A stretch of 64,000 nucleotides of DNA, taken from an uncultured Chloroflexia bacterium (GTDB taxonomy: Bacteria; Chloroflexota; Dehalococcoidia; DSTF01; JALHUB01). The position numbers were made by a program, and so were the translations under genes. Position 1 is the stretch's first letter. The number at the start of each line of letters is the position of its first letter. The stretch spans positions 960,001 to 1,024,000 of the forward strand of contig OY969814.1 of NCBI GenBank assembly GCA_963703345.1. The letters run 5' to 3'. Below the pieces are notes generated by a model. It worked only from the letters and a program-made list of their open reading frames with translations. It was not told where the DNA came from and made no database searches. Of the stretch, positions 30,175-40,879 are shown in pieces.

Positions 30175-31497
30175 TTAGCGGAGCCGGCCAAGAGTCCGCG
30201 GTCCGCGGCCCGACGCCAGCGCCTCCATGAGCTTCTTCGCCTCGCGCCACTGCTTCAGCAATTGGTTGATGTCTTGCGGCGTCGTACCGCTCCCCCGCGC
30301 GATGCGCCGTCGCCGGCTGCCGTCGATCAGGTCCGGCCGGCGCCGCTCCGCCGGCGTCATGGAATAGACGATCGCTTCCATCTTCTTCCAGACGCTGTCG
30401 TCTATCTGCGCTCCCTGGAGCTGCTTCTTCATGCCGCCGAGGCCGGGAATCATGCCGATGATGTCCGTAAGCGAGCCCATCTTCTTCACCTGCTGTATCT
30501 GCGACATGAAGTCGTTCAAGTCCATCGTCCCGGCGCGCATTCGCCTTTCCAGCGACTTCGCTTGCTCGCGGTCGACCGTCTCCTGCGCTTTCTCGATGAG
30601 GCTGAGCATGTCGCCCATGCCCAGAATGCGCGAAGCGAAACGGTCAGGGTGGAACGCCTCAAGCGCGTCCACCTTCTCGCCTGTGCCGATGAACTTGATT
30701 GGCAGTCCGGTCACGGCGCGAATGGACAGGGCCGCGCCGCCGCGGGCATCGCCGTCCATTTTCGTGATAATGAAGCCGTTCACGTCCAGCGTCTGGTGGA
30801 ACTCCAGCGCCACGTTCACAGCCTCCTGGCCGGTCATGGCATCGACGACTAGGAGCACTTCGTTGGGCGCGAAAGAATCGTGCAGCTCCTTCGCCTCGGG
30901 CAGCATCTCCGAGGCGACCTGCATGTAACCTGGCGTGTCGACGATGAGCACGTTGGCGGCGAGTCGCTGCGCCTCCTCGCGGGCGCCCTTTGCAACGCTC
31001 TTCGATTCGCTGTCGCCGGCAAACACGGGGACGTTGAGCTGCCTGCCGAGCGCCTGGAGCTGCTCGCCGGCGGCCACGCGGTGTGGGTCGGCGGCCACGA
31101 GAAGCGGGCGGGAGCCCCCCTTGCGCAGGTGAAGGGCCAGCTTGGCTGCCGTCGTCGTCTTGCCGGCGCCCTTGAGGCCGAAGAGCATGACGACCGTCGG
31201 CCCCGGACTGGCGAACCGTATGGAGGCGTGCGTCTCGCCCAGGATGTGGACGAGCTGCCGCTGGACGATGGCGATCACCTGCTGCGGGCCCGAAAGGCTG
31301 CCGATAATCTCTGCGCCGACAGCTTGCTCGCGGACGCCGCTTATGAACTCGCGCACAACCTTGAAGTTGACATCCGCTTCGAGCAGCGCGATGCGAACTT
31401 CCCGCAACGCCTCATCGAGGTCTTTTTCGGAGACGACGCCGCGGCTGCTTAGGCGGCGAAAGACGTTCTGGAGCTTGTCGGAAAGGAGCTCAAGCAT
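30175..31497 (-). CDS. ffh: Signal recognition particle protein
   Basis: ALLEADVN, GAGKTTT, TKMDGDARGGAALS, ILGMGD, SMT..ER..P, RIARGSG. Confidence 0.97.
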   Translation of the reverse strand: MLELLSDKLQNVFRRLSSRGVVSEKDLDEALREVRIALLEADVNFKVVREFISGVREQAVGAEIIGSLSGPQQVIAIVQRQLVHILGETHASIRFASPGPTVVMLFGLKGAGKTTTAAKLALHLRKGGSRPLLVAADPHRVAAGEQLQALGRQLNVPVFAGDSESKSVAKGAREEAQRLAANVLIVDTPGYMQVASEMLPEAKELHDSFAPNEVLLVVDAMTGQEAVNVALEFHQTLDVNGFIITKMDGDARGGAALSIRAVTGLPIKFIGTGEKVDALEAFHPDRFASRILGMGDMLSLIEKAQETVDREQAKSLERRMRAGTMDLNDFMSQIQQVKKMGSLTDIIGMIPGLGGMKKQLQGAQIDDSVWKKMEAIVYSMTPAERRRPDLIDGSRRRRIARGSGTTPQDINQLLKQWREAKKLMEALASGRGPRTLGRLR

Positions 31498-31645
31498 GGG
31501 GGGCCTCAGATTCATTCTAGGGTCGGGCAAGGAGGCCGTCAAGTTGATTTGCGACCTTGATTTCCCCTTCGCGCGCAAAGGTGCTATTCTTTGATATCCG
31601 GGCCAGGGAAGCCCCCTTGTCTCAGCCGGTCGGGCGCGTGGAGCA

Positions 31646-34558
31646 ATGCTCGTGAGAGACTTGCTCCGTCCTTTTCGAGGGTGCATGAAAGTCATCCAAC
31701 GGGATGGTCGAACGGATGAACAAGCCGGGTCGTATGGGTTGAGCAAGATCCGACGGATTTTTCGCAGCCCCTGGCTGGCGCGGATTCGCTGGCCGGCAAC
31801 GCTGGCATTGGCCGCGGCCGGCATCGTGCTCGCGATTCAAGGGCAGAAGCTGTTCCTGGCGCATCCGCCGCAGCAAGACAACGCGATAAATCACTTCGTG
31901 ATAGGGGCGGCGCTGTTCGCCCTCGCTTTCGCCTGGCACCGTGGCACAAGTGCGGAAACGGATCGCGCGCCGCGGCTTCGCATCGACCGCCGGCTCGCCT
32001 GGTTCCTCGGCTGGGCCGCCCTTCTGAACGTAGTCGCCGTCCTCATCTTCCGTCGAAATGAGAACTCCAACACCGCCTGGTGGCTCTTTCTCGCCAGCCT
32101 GATCGTCCTCGTCTTCGGCGCCGCGGTAAGCCAGAGGACGGCCGTCGAAGGGCCCGCGCACGCCGTGCCAGATCGCTTGCGGGCGGTCCGGCAGGCTGCG
32201 CTTCGCCGGCTGCTTTCCTGGCGGGGAATCGAGATCGCCGCCGTGCTGGCAATCGTCGGCCTTGCTGCGTGGTTGCGCTTCCTCCGCTTCGCCTCTCTGC
32301 CCGAGGGCGTCTGGTTCGACGAAGCGGATTACGGCTTGCTTGTGCGCCGCATTCTTACCGATAGCTCGTTCCGTCCCATCTACGCGCCCGAGGCCAACAT
32401 GGCCAGCCCCTTCCTGTACTTCATCGCCGCGTCCTTCAAGCTGTTCGGCGATAGTATTACTAGCCTGCGCCTGGTGAGCGCCCTGGCGGGCATCGCAACC
32501 GTGCCTGTGTTCTACCTCCTGGCGCGACGCTTCATGCAGATACCCGCGGCGCTAGCGGCCACTACGCTCCTCGCCGTCTCCTTCTGGCACATCAACTTCA
32601 GTCGAATCGGACTGCAAGGCATCCTCACGCCGCTGGCCACCGTAATAACGTTCCTCTTTCTACTCAGAGCGTGGAGGGGCGGCAAGCTGATCGACTTCGT
32701 GCTTGCGGGAGTGGCAATGAGCGCCGGCGTGTGGGCGTACAACGCCTCGAACCTGCTGCCGATTGTCGCGGCGCTGTTCCTGCTTTTCGCCGCCATTCGC
32801 GAATGGCGGCTGCTCCGCTCGCGGATCCCCGGCCTCATTCTCTTCGGTTTTTCCGCTTTGATTGCGATTTCGCCGCTGGCAATGTATGCGCTCAAGCATC
32901 AGGACCAGTACTTCCTCCGCAGCCGGCAGACAAGCATCTTCCTGACGCCAGCAGGAAACGGCTACGACTGGGTGCCCGAAAGCCAGTGGCTGCCGGCGCT
33001 GAAGTCGAATATCCGCGTCCATCTGCTGATGTTCAACTTCCAGGGCGATCCGAACGGTCGCCACAACCTGCCGGGTCATCGGATGCTCGACGATGTCACC
33101 GGCGTGCTGGCCGTGCTGGGGCTGGCCTACGTCATCTCTCGAGCGTTTCGCCCCGACTATTTTCTGTTGCTTGCGGGCTTTGCCGTCGGCCTGGCCGGCG
33201 GCATAATCACGCTGACCTTCGAAGCGCCGCAGTCGCTGCGCTCGATCATGGCGCTGCCCTCGGTATTTCTCTTTGCCGGCATCGCACTGAACGCCGGCTG
33301 GGAGTTCGTTACTGCCGGCCGCCGGTTCCGTCTGCCCCGTGCGTCTCTCGCAGTCGCAGCCATGGTCCCTCTCGTCCTCTGGGCGGGCGGAAGCAACTAC
33401 GACACGTTCTTCAACCTGAAAGCGAACGACTTCTCATCCTGGGCGTCCTATTCCACGGCGCCTACGCTTGTTGCCCGGGAGATAAAGCGTCTGGGGCCCG
33501 ACTACCGTTATCTGATGTCAAGCGCGTATGTGAGCCAGCCCAGTCTGGAATTCGTGGACCCGGAACTCGGCACTGGCGCGCAGATGTCTCTCGATTTGAT
33601 ACGCGATGTGCCCGTTGCTGCCGACAGGCCCACGGCCATCTTCCTCGACCCGGACAGGGACGTCTATCTTCCATGGCTTCGTACCCTCTACCCGGACGCG
33701 ACGTTCAAGACGTTTAGTTCGCCGGGAAGGACCGATCCTGCCGCCCTTTACGAGATTATCATTCCGGCCGACCAGGCGGCGAAGATTCAAGGCATCGATG
33801 TGACTTACTCCGCGCCCGGCATATCTCCCGCAGGTGCGCGTCAACCCGCCATCGATTTGGACTGGACCTCGAACACCCCGCTGCCGACGCCGTTTAACGC
33901 CGATTGGTCCGGCGTAGTCCACATCCCAGAGGGCAAGCTGTATGCCCTGACGATGCAGGCGCCCGGTCAAATACAGCTATCGCTCGACGGGCAGTTGGTA
34001 GCTCAGGGTTCGGGGCAGGTTCAGGCCACCCAATTCCTCTATAAGGGCCAGCATCGCTTGGAGGTATCGGTCCACGTCGACGCGCCCGGAAGGGTGCTGC
34101 TCTCGGCCAACGGAGCGCCGTTGCCGGAGAGCATGTACTTCGTTCCTCCAGACGCAGGCCATGGCTTGCTGGGAAGCTTCTACTCGAACGACAGTTTCCT
34201 GGGGACCGCGGTGTTCCAGGAATTGGACCCGTTCATCGGCTTCGCCTATCACGCCGAGCTGCCGTGGGCCGGTCCCCTTTCCGTCATCTGGCGGGGGAAG
34301 ATAGAAGCGCCGTCGACGGGCAAGTACTCGTTCGCGGCAGAGGCTAACGGCAAAGTGGAGGTGCGGGTCAACGGTCAATTGGTGTCGGCCAGCGGCATGT
34401 CCCCGAAGCCCGAGGTTCAGGTGCCCCTTCTGACTCAAGGACTTCACGACATTGAGATCCGCTTCTCAAGCACCGGTGGCGCCCGCGTGAAGCTATCCTG
34501 GGCCCCCCCTGACGATACGCCCGGGCTCATTGCCTCCAAGTACTTCTACCCGCCTTAG
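31646..34558 (+). CDS. GT-C (GT39/ArnT-like) glycosyltransferase with C-terminal PA14 domains
   Basis: P.GVWFDEA, LRLVSAL.G, WHINFSR, GD.NGRHNLPG; PA14-like W.G.I.AP..GKY.F; start uncertain. Confidence 0.88.
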   Translation: MLVRDLLRPFRGCMKVIQRDGRTDEQAGSYGLSKIRRIFRSPWLARIRWPATLALAAAGIVLAIQGQKLFLAHPPQQDNAINHFVIGAALFALAFAWHRGTSAETDRAPRLRIDRRLAWFLGWAALLNVVAVLIFRRNENSNTAWWLFLASLIVLVFGAAVSQRTAVEGPAHAVPDRLRAVRQAALRRLLSWRGIEIAAVLAIVGLAAWLRFLRFASLPEGVWFDEADYGLLVRRILTDSSFRPIYAPEANMASPFLYFIAASFKLFGDSITSLRLVSALAGIATVPVFYLLARRFMQIPAALAATTLLAVSFWHINFSRIGLQGILTPLATVITFLFLLRAWRGGKLIDFVLAGVAMSAGVWAYNASNLLPIVAALFLLFAAIREWRLLRSRIPGLILFGFSALIAISPLAMYALKHQDQYFLRSRQTSIFLTPAGNGYDWVPESQWLPALKSNIRVHLLMFNFQGDPNGRHNLPGHRMLDDVTGVLAVLGLAYVISRAFRPDYFLLLAGFAVGLAGGIITLTFEAPQSLRSIMALPSVFLFAGIALNAGWEFVTAGRRFRLPRASLAVAAMVPLVLWAGGSNYDTFFNLKANDFSSWASYSTAPTLVAREIKRLGPDYRYLMSSAYVSQPSLEFVDPELGTGAQMSLDLIRDVPVAADRPTAIFLDPDRDVYLPWLRTLYPDATFKTFSSPGRTDPAALYEIIIPADQAAKIQGIDVTYSAPGISPAGARQPAIDLDWTSNTPLPTPFNADWSGVVHIPEGKLYALTMQAPGQIQLSLDGQLVAQGSGQVQATQFLYKGQHRLEVSVHVDAPGRVLLSANGAPLPESMYFVPPDAGHGLLGSFYSNDSFLGTAVFQELDPFIGFAYHAELPWAGPLSVIWRGKIEAPSTGKYSFAAEANGKVEVRVNGQLVSASGMSPKPEVQVPLLTQGLHDIEIRFSSTGGARVKLSWAPPDDTPGLIASKYFYPP

Positions 34559-34661
34559 CGATGCTCCCTGCGCGAGACAAAAGCTTCCGTTGCACATCGA
34601 TCGTGGTGACAACGGACGTGGAGTCGACTCCGATGACGATTGGGGGGATGTCCGCCTGCTG

Positions 34662-37600
34662 CTACGATGTCGTTCCCGACGGCATAAGCGGCGGCAGCGC
34701 GACTACCTGGTAGATCTGCACCTTGTCGTTCTTGAACACGAGGTCTAGCTCGCGACCCGCCATCGCCTGGAACTTTCCCAGCCCCTGCTTCGAATAGTAG
34801 AGCTGCTCCACCTGGCCGACGATGATGTACTTCACGTCATACTTGCGCAGGAAGGCATCGGCGGCCGCGACGCTTGTGCCGGAGTAGAAGCTCGCAACCT
34901 CTTTCTCCCGTGCCGTCACCATATCCGCGTACTGGCCGCGTTGCTGCTGCTGGTGCCATACCCAGCCGACGACAGTGGGCAGTCCAGTGTAGATCGAGAA
35001 GCGGGCGCCCCAGCGATACCCGGGCGCGACCCCTTCGACGATCACCGGTGAGCCCTGCACATTCTCCCTCATCCACTGGATGGCGTCGTAGTCGTACGAG
35101 AGGTCGATCTCGCCGTTCTGGTCAACGTAGACACTGTATTGCATGTAGTCCATGCCGTCGTTCGTCTGGCCCATGTACTGCGGGAATCGCTCCGACACGC
35201 GGGCGCGCGTGCCCGAGATGGTGTAGACGAGCCCGCCGCCTACAAGGATGACCAGGGCGACGAGCCAAGCCGCCTTCAGGAGTTCGATGCGGCTCCACCA
35301 GCTGCTGCTGCTGCCTGACGGCTTCAGCGGACGCCAATCGAGGACGGCGAAGACGTACCAGACGCCATAGGCGCCGGCGAGCGCCAGCAGGAGCCAGACG
35401 TGGATGTAGAACTTAAACACCGTGTTCATGCGCTCGATGTCGCCGTCGAGCGTGATGATATCGACCATCGCGCTCAGCGCCAGCGCCACGGCGATCATCA
35501 CAAGGAGGAAGAGCCGCAGCGGCGCATCCGGGCGACTCCCCCGTAGCTCGCGCCAGGCGAGGAGCGCCAGCAGGGCGATCACCGCCAGCGAGAAGGCCAC
35601 CACCGGTATGCCGTTGGAAAACAGGTCACCCAGGAAGTCACCGGCGTTCAGCCCCTTGAACGTGATCGGCAGGTGCTTGCTCTCGCCGCTCAACGCCATC
35701 GCCACGCAAACGACCAGCAGCAGACCGACAAGCGTCCCAAGGTAGAGCAGCACTTTCCATCCCGGCCGACGTCGGAAGAAGCGCCAGCCCAGCGCCACCA
35801 CGAGTGTCGCAGCGGCGAATAGCAGTGTGCCGAATTGCGCGAGGTACTGGCTGAAGGGCGTCGTCCTGTCCACCTGGTTCAGAGAGGCAGCGTGGAACCC
35901 CTTGTAGAAGAGGTGGTAGTTCTGCCAGAAGGGGAAGAAGAAGACGATCGATAGCACCACCAGTACGGCGGACTTCGCCAGCGCCGTTCGCGTCGCCGCC
36001 CAACTGAGGCGCCCCTCGTTGGCGCGCTCCGCGATGAAGATGATGAGAACGCTGATGAGAAGGAAGGGCGGATAGTCCCAGGAGTTGATCGGCCGCAGCG
36101 CTCCGACCAGCAGGCCCAGCAGCGCTACACCCAACCAGCTCGTCAGGCTGCGGAGGCGCCCGTTCGGCAGCTCCTTGCGGTCCCCAAGCACCAGCGACAG
36201 CCCAACGCCCACTATCACGACATCGAACGGTATCGCCATCACGTGAGCGTGCAGGTCGGCGAAGAGGAAGCTGAAGAACGGGAACTCCGTGATGGCCGAC
36301 ATCAGCGGCGGCATCCGAGTGAGGTCAAAGTAGTTGAAGGGCGCCAAATGCACGCCGCCGACGAATGTCGCCTTCCAGAACCCGCCCACCATTCCGACGA
36401 AGCCGCTGATCAAGGGGACTCCCTCTCCGGCATGCCAATCGCTCACCTTGGAGAGATTGTCCGCTGTGTGGTAGACGCCGCGCAGGTTGCCGATCACGGC
36501 GACGAGCACGATGGCCAGGATACCCGCCGCCACCGGTCCATTGCCTCCGATACGCTTGAAGCCGGGCCGCCAGCGGACGCGCTTCCGCGTCGCCTCCGCT
36601 AGGTTGTAGACAACGGAGAAGGCGGCGCCGACCGTCATCGCGAAGAAGAGCGGCACCGCCAGGTTGAAGGCGATTTCCGGCAGAATGCCCGTCAGCTTGA
36701 TAAGCGTCGCCGTCATGAACTGGCCGAAGTAGTAGTAGTTCATGTAGCCGCCGGCGAACCAGGGGTCGTAGGGCGGCATCGTCGTGCTGCGGGTTACTGC
36801 GTTGAGGTACGCCAGTTCCATCGGCTTCTCGCCGCCGCGGGAGGGGTGCCACAGGTCCGGGTCGAGAGTGCGTATCCAGTAGAACGCGAGGAAAGCCGCA
36901 ATGAAGAGCGTTTCGTACAACAGGATGCGTCGCCAGTGCTCGCGGACGAACGCCAGCAGGTCGCTGCGCGTCAGCCGCGCGACGATGGCGCCGACGACGA
37001 TGAGCACGACGAGCATGGCGAAGATGCTCCCGCTGGTGAAATGGAAGAGCTTGACGCTTGCGCCCAACCATACCAGCCACGAGACCGCGAGCAGGCCGAG
37101 CGGCTTGGCCAGCAAGTAACCCCTGTCCGGCAGCGCGCGGAAGAGGAACAGGCCGAGCGGCAGCACCGCCAGCGACATGACTTCGATGGCGAGCAGCCAG
37201 GTCACGACCGGGAATCGATTGCTCAAGCTCGTCGCATTGAAGATGGACGTCCAGGTGCCGCCGGAGCGCTGCGTCGTGCAGTCGCCCGGCCGAAGCAGCA
37301 GCGCGTTCTGGGCGGCATCCGCCGGCACGAGCTGCGACACTGAATCCTCCTCGCATGCGGCCGACTCCACCGAAGCCATGAACGCCTCCGGCGTGTAGTC
37401 GGCGGTCTTCTGATAGAGGAGCACTTTGGGATGGTCGTAGACCGTGAAGTTGCCTTCGGCTGAGTCGTCGTTGATCGTGATGCCGAAGAGCGACGGGTAG
37501 GAGGTGAACGTTCGCACCAGCGTGAAGCCGGCAAGCTTGTTATCGAGGAGGAGCCTGTAGAAGGCGCTCGTAAGCGGCCACTTCGCCGGCGCCCGCGGTA

Positions 37601-39350
37601 TCGAGGCGTATACGCGATTGCTGCTGAGGACGAGGTAGTCGGCCTGGCTGATCTCCGACAGCATCTTCGACGAAGAATCCGACAGATCAGGTCCGTACGG
37701 CTCAATATCCAGGATCTTGAAGTCCGCCGGCTTGTTCGGCAGGTTGAACGGCACCGTGTCGTCCCAGACCTCGTGCGTGATCGTCGAGTTGGGCGGCAGA
37801 TTGTAGTTCATCCACGCCGACGCCTGCACGCGGCTGAGCGGGTGGCGATAGATATTCGTGAAGGCCAGCGCCCAGAGAACCGTCCCTCCGACGACTACGA
37901 CGACCGCTCCCTTGAGAACGAGTGGCGCCGCCCTCACGACTCGATCGCCCCATCGCTGCACGGACGTCTGCAGCCTCTCGCTGCCAGCGAATCGCCAGAT
38001 CCCATCGAGCGCCTGTGCGGCGAGAAGGACGAGCGCGGGATAGATCGGCAGGAAGTAGCGCGCCGTCATGTTGAACTCGCGGCCCCAGAAGAGGAAGTAG
38101 AACGCAATCCAGACTATCAGCAACAGGTTGGTGACTTCCCGCCGGCGCAGCAGCCGGTACGCCGACCACAGGAAGGCGGCGCAGGCGGCGATGCCGAGGG
38201 GCAGGCCCAGGCCCCAGAACACCATGTTCTGCAGTGGGAACAGGTACTTTGCGCGTCCCACCCACTCCCAGTTGAAAGGCACGTTGCCCCCCGACTGGAG
38301 GCCGATGAGACTGCGCATGTCGTCGAGGTATCGCTTGTCGGGCCCGATGTTCCAGATGTGCGGCCCGGAAAACGCGTACGGCTCCGCGATGCGGAAGATA
38401 GCGAAGGCCGCCAACACGGCAAGACAGAGCCCGAACACCGGCGCCGCGAAAAGCGCCAGCGTGTCGGGGGTCGGCGGATTCGTCGCCTCGCCCTCATCCT
38501 CAGGATCCGACGGAGGCGAAGGCGCCGCGCCCGTGGCCGTTATCGCCGGCCACATCCGCCACAAGACTGCGATGCCTATGATCGGCGCCAGGAAAGCCCC
38601 GCTCAGCTTGCAGGCGGTCGCCAGCCCGAGGCCCAGGCCGGCAAGAACGTAGTCGCTCCACCTCCCGTGCTTGACGATGCGCACGCAATAGAAAATCGTG
38701 AAGGCGGCAAAGAAGGTGAGGAACGAATCAACCGTAAAGTAGTGCGCGAGCTGGATATCCAGCACGGCCGTTGCCATCAGCAGCGCCGCCAGTAGCCCCA
38801 CGCGACGATCGTAGAGCAGCCTGCCGGTCAGGAAGACCATCAGAACGGTTCCGGTCGCGAAGATAGCCGACCACGTCCGGCCGATGAGGTCGATGTGGTC
38901 GTAGTCGTTCCAGCCGGTCATCCTGCCGGTGAACGCCTTCGCCAGCACATCCTTCAGCAGGTTCAGCGGGAAGAAGTCCTGGTGCTGAAGGACTTCGCCG
39001 GTCACTTTCGTCAGGAAGAGAGGAAAGGTGCCGTAGGCGAAGCCGCCGCCGCCCTGGCGATTGTAAGGGCTCATCGGCGATTGGTCGCTGTTGAAGTACT
39101 GCGACGGGCTGCTTGGGATCTTGATGCCGTCCGCGACCATCGTGATGAAGCGCTCGTCCGGGTGCAGGTGGGTGTAGGAGTCCCAACTGACGCCCCAGAA
39201 GCGCAAGACGAAGCCGAAGAGCAATACTGCGGCCAGGAGAAGCGTGAAGCGCGCTTTTGAGGGCGAGGGCGAGTGCAGGGGCAGCCTCTCCCTCGTGCTA
39301 GACGAACGGCTCGCGGCAGCTTCTTCGTTCTGTTCGACGACTTCTTTCAC
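34662..39350 (-). CDS. DUF2298 (YYY-motif) membrane protein fused to a GT39-like N-terminal module
   Basis: HLHPDERF, DPDLWHP..GGEKPM, PPYDPWFAGGYMNYYYFGQ, EFPFFSFLFADLHAH, NSWDYP, RMNTVFKFY. Confidence 0.92.
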   Translation of the reverse strand: MKEVVEQNEEAAASRSSSTRERLPLHSPSPSKARFTLLLAAVLLFGFVLRFWGVSWDSYTHLHPDERFITMVADGIKIPSSPSQYFNSDQSPMSPYNRQGGGGFAYGTFPLFLTKVTGEVLQHQDFFPLNLLKDVLAKAFTGRMTGWNDYDHIDLIGRTWSAIFATGTVLMVFLTGRLLYDRRVGLLAALLMATAVLDIQLAHYFTVDSFLTFFAAFTIFYCVRIVKHGRWSDYVLAGLGLGLATACKLSGAFLAPIIGIAVLWRMWPAITATGAAPSPPSDPEDEGEATNPPTPDTLALFAAPVFGLCLAVLAAFAIFRIAEPYAFSGPHIWNIGPDKRYLDDMRSLIGLQSGGNVPFNWEWVGRAKYLFPLQNMVFWGLGLPLGIAACAAFLWSAYRLLRRREVTNLLLIVWIAFYFLFWGREFNMTARYFLPIYPALVLLAAQALDGIWRFAGSERLQTSVQRWGDRVVRAAPLVLKGAVVVVVGGTVLWALAFTNIYRHPLSRVQASAWMNYNLPPNSTITHEVWDDTVPFNLPNKPADFKILDIEPYGPDLSDSSSKMLSEISQADYLVLSSNRVYASIPRAPAKWPLTSAFYRLLLDNKLAGFTLVRTFTSYPSLFGITINDDSAEGNFTVYDHPKVLLYQKTADYTPEAFMASVESAACEEDSVSQLVPADAAQNALLLRPGDCTTQRSGGTWTSIFNATSLSNRFPVVTWLLAIEVMSLAVLPLGLFLFRALPDRGYLLAKPLGLLAVSWLVWLGASVKLFHFTSGSIFAMLVVLIVVGAIVARLTRSDLLAFVREHWRRILLYETLFIAAFLAFYWIRTLDPDLWHPSRGGEKPMELAYLNAVTRSTTMPPYDPWFAGGYMNYYYFGQFMTATLIKLTGILPEIAFNLAVPLFFAMTVGAAFSVVYNLAEATRKRVRWRPGFKRIGGNGPVAAGILAIVLVAVIGNLRGVYHTADNLSKVSDWHAGEGVPLISGFVGMVGGFWKATFVGGVHLAPFNYFDLTRMPPLMSAITEFPFFSFLFADLHAHVMAIPFDVVIVGVGLSLVLGDRKELPNGRLRSLTSWLGVALLGLLVGALRPINSWDYPPFLLISVLIIFIAERANEGRLSWAATRTALAKSAVLVVLSIVFFFPFWQNYHLFYKGFHAASLNQVDRTTPFSQYLAQFGTLLFAAATLVVALGWRFFRRRPGWKVLLYLGTLVGLLLVVCVAMALSGESKHLPITFKGLNAGDFLGDLFSNGIPVVAFSLAVIALLALLAWRELRGSRPDAPLRLFLLVMIAVALALSAMVDIITLDGDIERMNTVFKFYIHVWLLLALAGAYGVWYVFAVLDWRPLKPSGSSSSWWSRIELLKAAWLVALVILVGGGLVYTISGTRARVSERFPQYMGQTNDGMDYMQYSVYVDQNGEIDLSYDYDAIQWMRENVQGSPVIVEGVAPGYRWGARFSIYTGLPTVVGWVWHQQQQRGQYADMVTAREKEVASFYSGTSVAAADAFLRKYDVKYIIVGQVEQLYYSKQGLGKFQAMAGRELDLVFKNDKVQIYQVVALPPLMPSGTTS

Positions 39351-39530
39351 AGACCCTCTGAACAGCTACGCCGCCGCATCCCGACGGGGCGGTGCCCCTC
39401 CTTCTTGTCGGCAGGAACGATGCGCCCGTGAAGCGGTCGCGCCCGTCGAGTCCTGCGAGTCCGCAAACAAGTAACGACATTCTATCAGGGTCGGATAGCC
39501 CAGTGCCAGCCCCGATTCTGGCGCCGCGGG

Positions 39531-40829
39531 TCATGGCGAAGGTGAAGCCGGAGCAATCGGGGTACTTACGCGTGAGCGGGCGAAAGCGAACCACTGGCCG
39601 TTGGGAGACCAGCCGAGAAGGTTAAATCTCCAGTCTGCATTAGCCGCCATCGCCTGCCGCACTGTCCCATCCGGCACCTGCACGACTTGCAACCCGTCAT
39701 TTACAAAGGCCACGCCCCCTCCACCTAGCGAAAACGCATAGTCCCCATGGTCCCCCTTGCCGGAGATAGTACCTTCGCTTCCACCGGCAACGGGAATCAG
39801 CACCAGGTCTGGCAATGGTTCTCCACACGTCCCCTGCTCACCACACTTGGAGCGATACACGATCACCGTGCCGCCATCCGGCGACCAACCCTGCACATGG
39901 TCAAACAGCGTGGGGGAACCGCTCAGCTTGTGACTGGTGCCCGAGGCGACGTCCAGGACGTAGGTGCCCTTCGCATCCCCCTCGCCCGCACCATAGGCGA
40001 TCTGCGAGCCATCCGGAGACCAGGAGGCGCTGTTGAGGTCGCAAGTGTCGGGCAGCATCTGGCGGAGCCTACCGTCCGACACGTCCATGATCCAGAGGCT
40101 TGAGGAGTAACTGTTGGGAGCGCAGCCAGTGAATCCTCCCGTCACAATAAAGACGACACGAGAGGAATCTCGACTGAGTTCCGCCGCCGTCGCATCGGCT
40201 GGCTGCTTGACCTGCCGTGAGTTGCCGCTCGCCAGATCAAACTCGAACAATACGGTGCTCGGTTCCTCTTGCACTGTGGCAAGTAGGGTATGGTCATCCT
40301 TCCAGCCGAACACTGCCCCATACCCCGCCCACGAAGTGCTGTTTGCCAGGGTGCGCCGGTCGGATCCGCCAGCTCGCATCGCCTCAACCGCGACGGTGTC
40401 CTGCGTGCTGCTTTCCCAAGCCAACCACTCGCCATTGGGTGACCAGGCTGCGCTAGCCGGGTATCCAGTAATGTCTGCAGCGAAGATTTCTGTTCCCGCC
40501 TTGACTGACATGACATGCACTTTGTTGCCGGAGTACCCTCTGATGTCGGTCATGAGAGCAACGTGGTCATCGTCCGGTGCCCAGGCCCACATTGGAACGT
40601 TTGAAAGGGTTGTCAGAAGCTGTGGCTGCCCGTCAGCGTTCATGACATAAACTTCGATGGGGTCCGCTTGACTTACCGCCAGGGGCGTGCCAATTTCGGT
40701 CGGCTGTGGCGTCTGGCTCTGGACCGCAGTGCGACCGCAAGCGATTGAAAGCGACGCCTGCGCCACTGCGATGACGAGCAGCCAGAGACCACATCGATGC
40801 TTGTGTGAGGCGAGCGCCGGCACCTTCAT
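39531..40829 (-). CDS. TolB-like/PD40 beta-propeller lipoprotein
   Basis: Repeated WSP(D/N)G; SIAC lipobox-like; GAGGAGG RBS. Confidence 0.85.
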   Translation of the reverse strand: MKVPALASHKHRCGLWLLVIAVAQASLSIACGRTAVQSQTPQPTEIGTPLAVSQADPIEVYVMNADGQPQLLTTLSNVPMWAWAPDDDHVALMTDIRGYSGNKVHVMSVKAGTEIFAADITGYPASAAWSPNGEWLAWESSTQDTVAVEAMRAGGSDRRTLANSTSWAGYGAVFGWKDDHTLLATVQEEPSTVLFEFDLASGNSRQVKQPADATAAELSRDSSRVVFIVTGGFTGCAPNSYSSSLWIMDVSDGRLRQMLPDTCDLNSASWSPDGSQIAYGAGEGDAKGTYVLDVASGTSHKLSGSPTLFDHVQGWSPDGGTVIVYRSKCGEQGTCGEPLPDLVLIPVAGGSEGTISGKGDHGDYAFSLGGGGVAFVNDGLQVVQVPDGTVRQAMAANADWRFNLLGWSPNGQWFAFARSRVSTPIAPASPSP

Positions 40830-40879
40830 CGTCCGTCCTCCTCGTACCGTCTTCAACGAGTTGTCGGACTTCTGGAAGG

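Noticed and set aside
31498-31824. 109-aa N-terminal extension of Ffh in the ORF track
   Set aside because: Homology begins at MLELLSDKL (31497); a TAGAAT -10 lies just upstream, and the extension overlaps the divergent gene.
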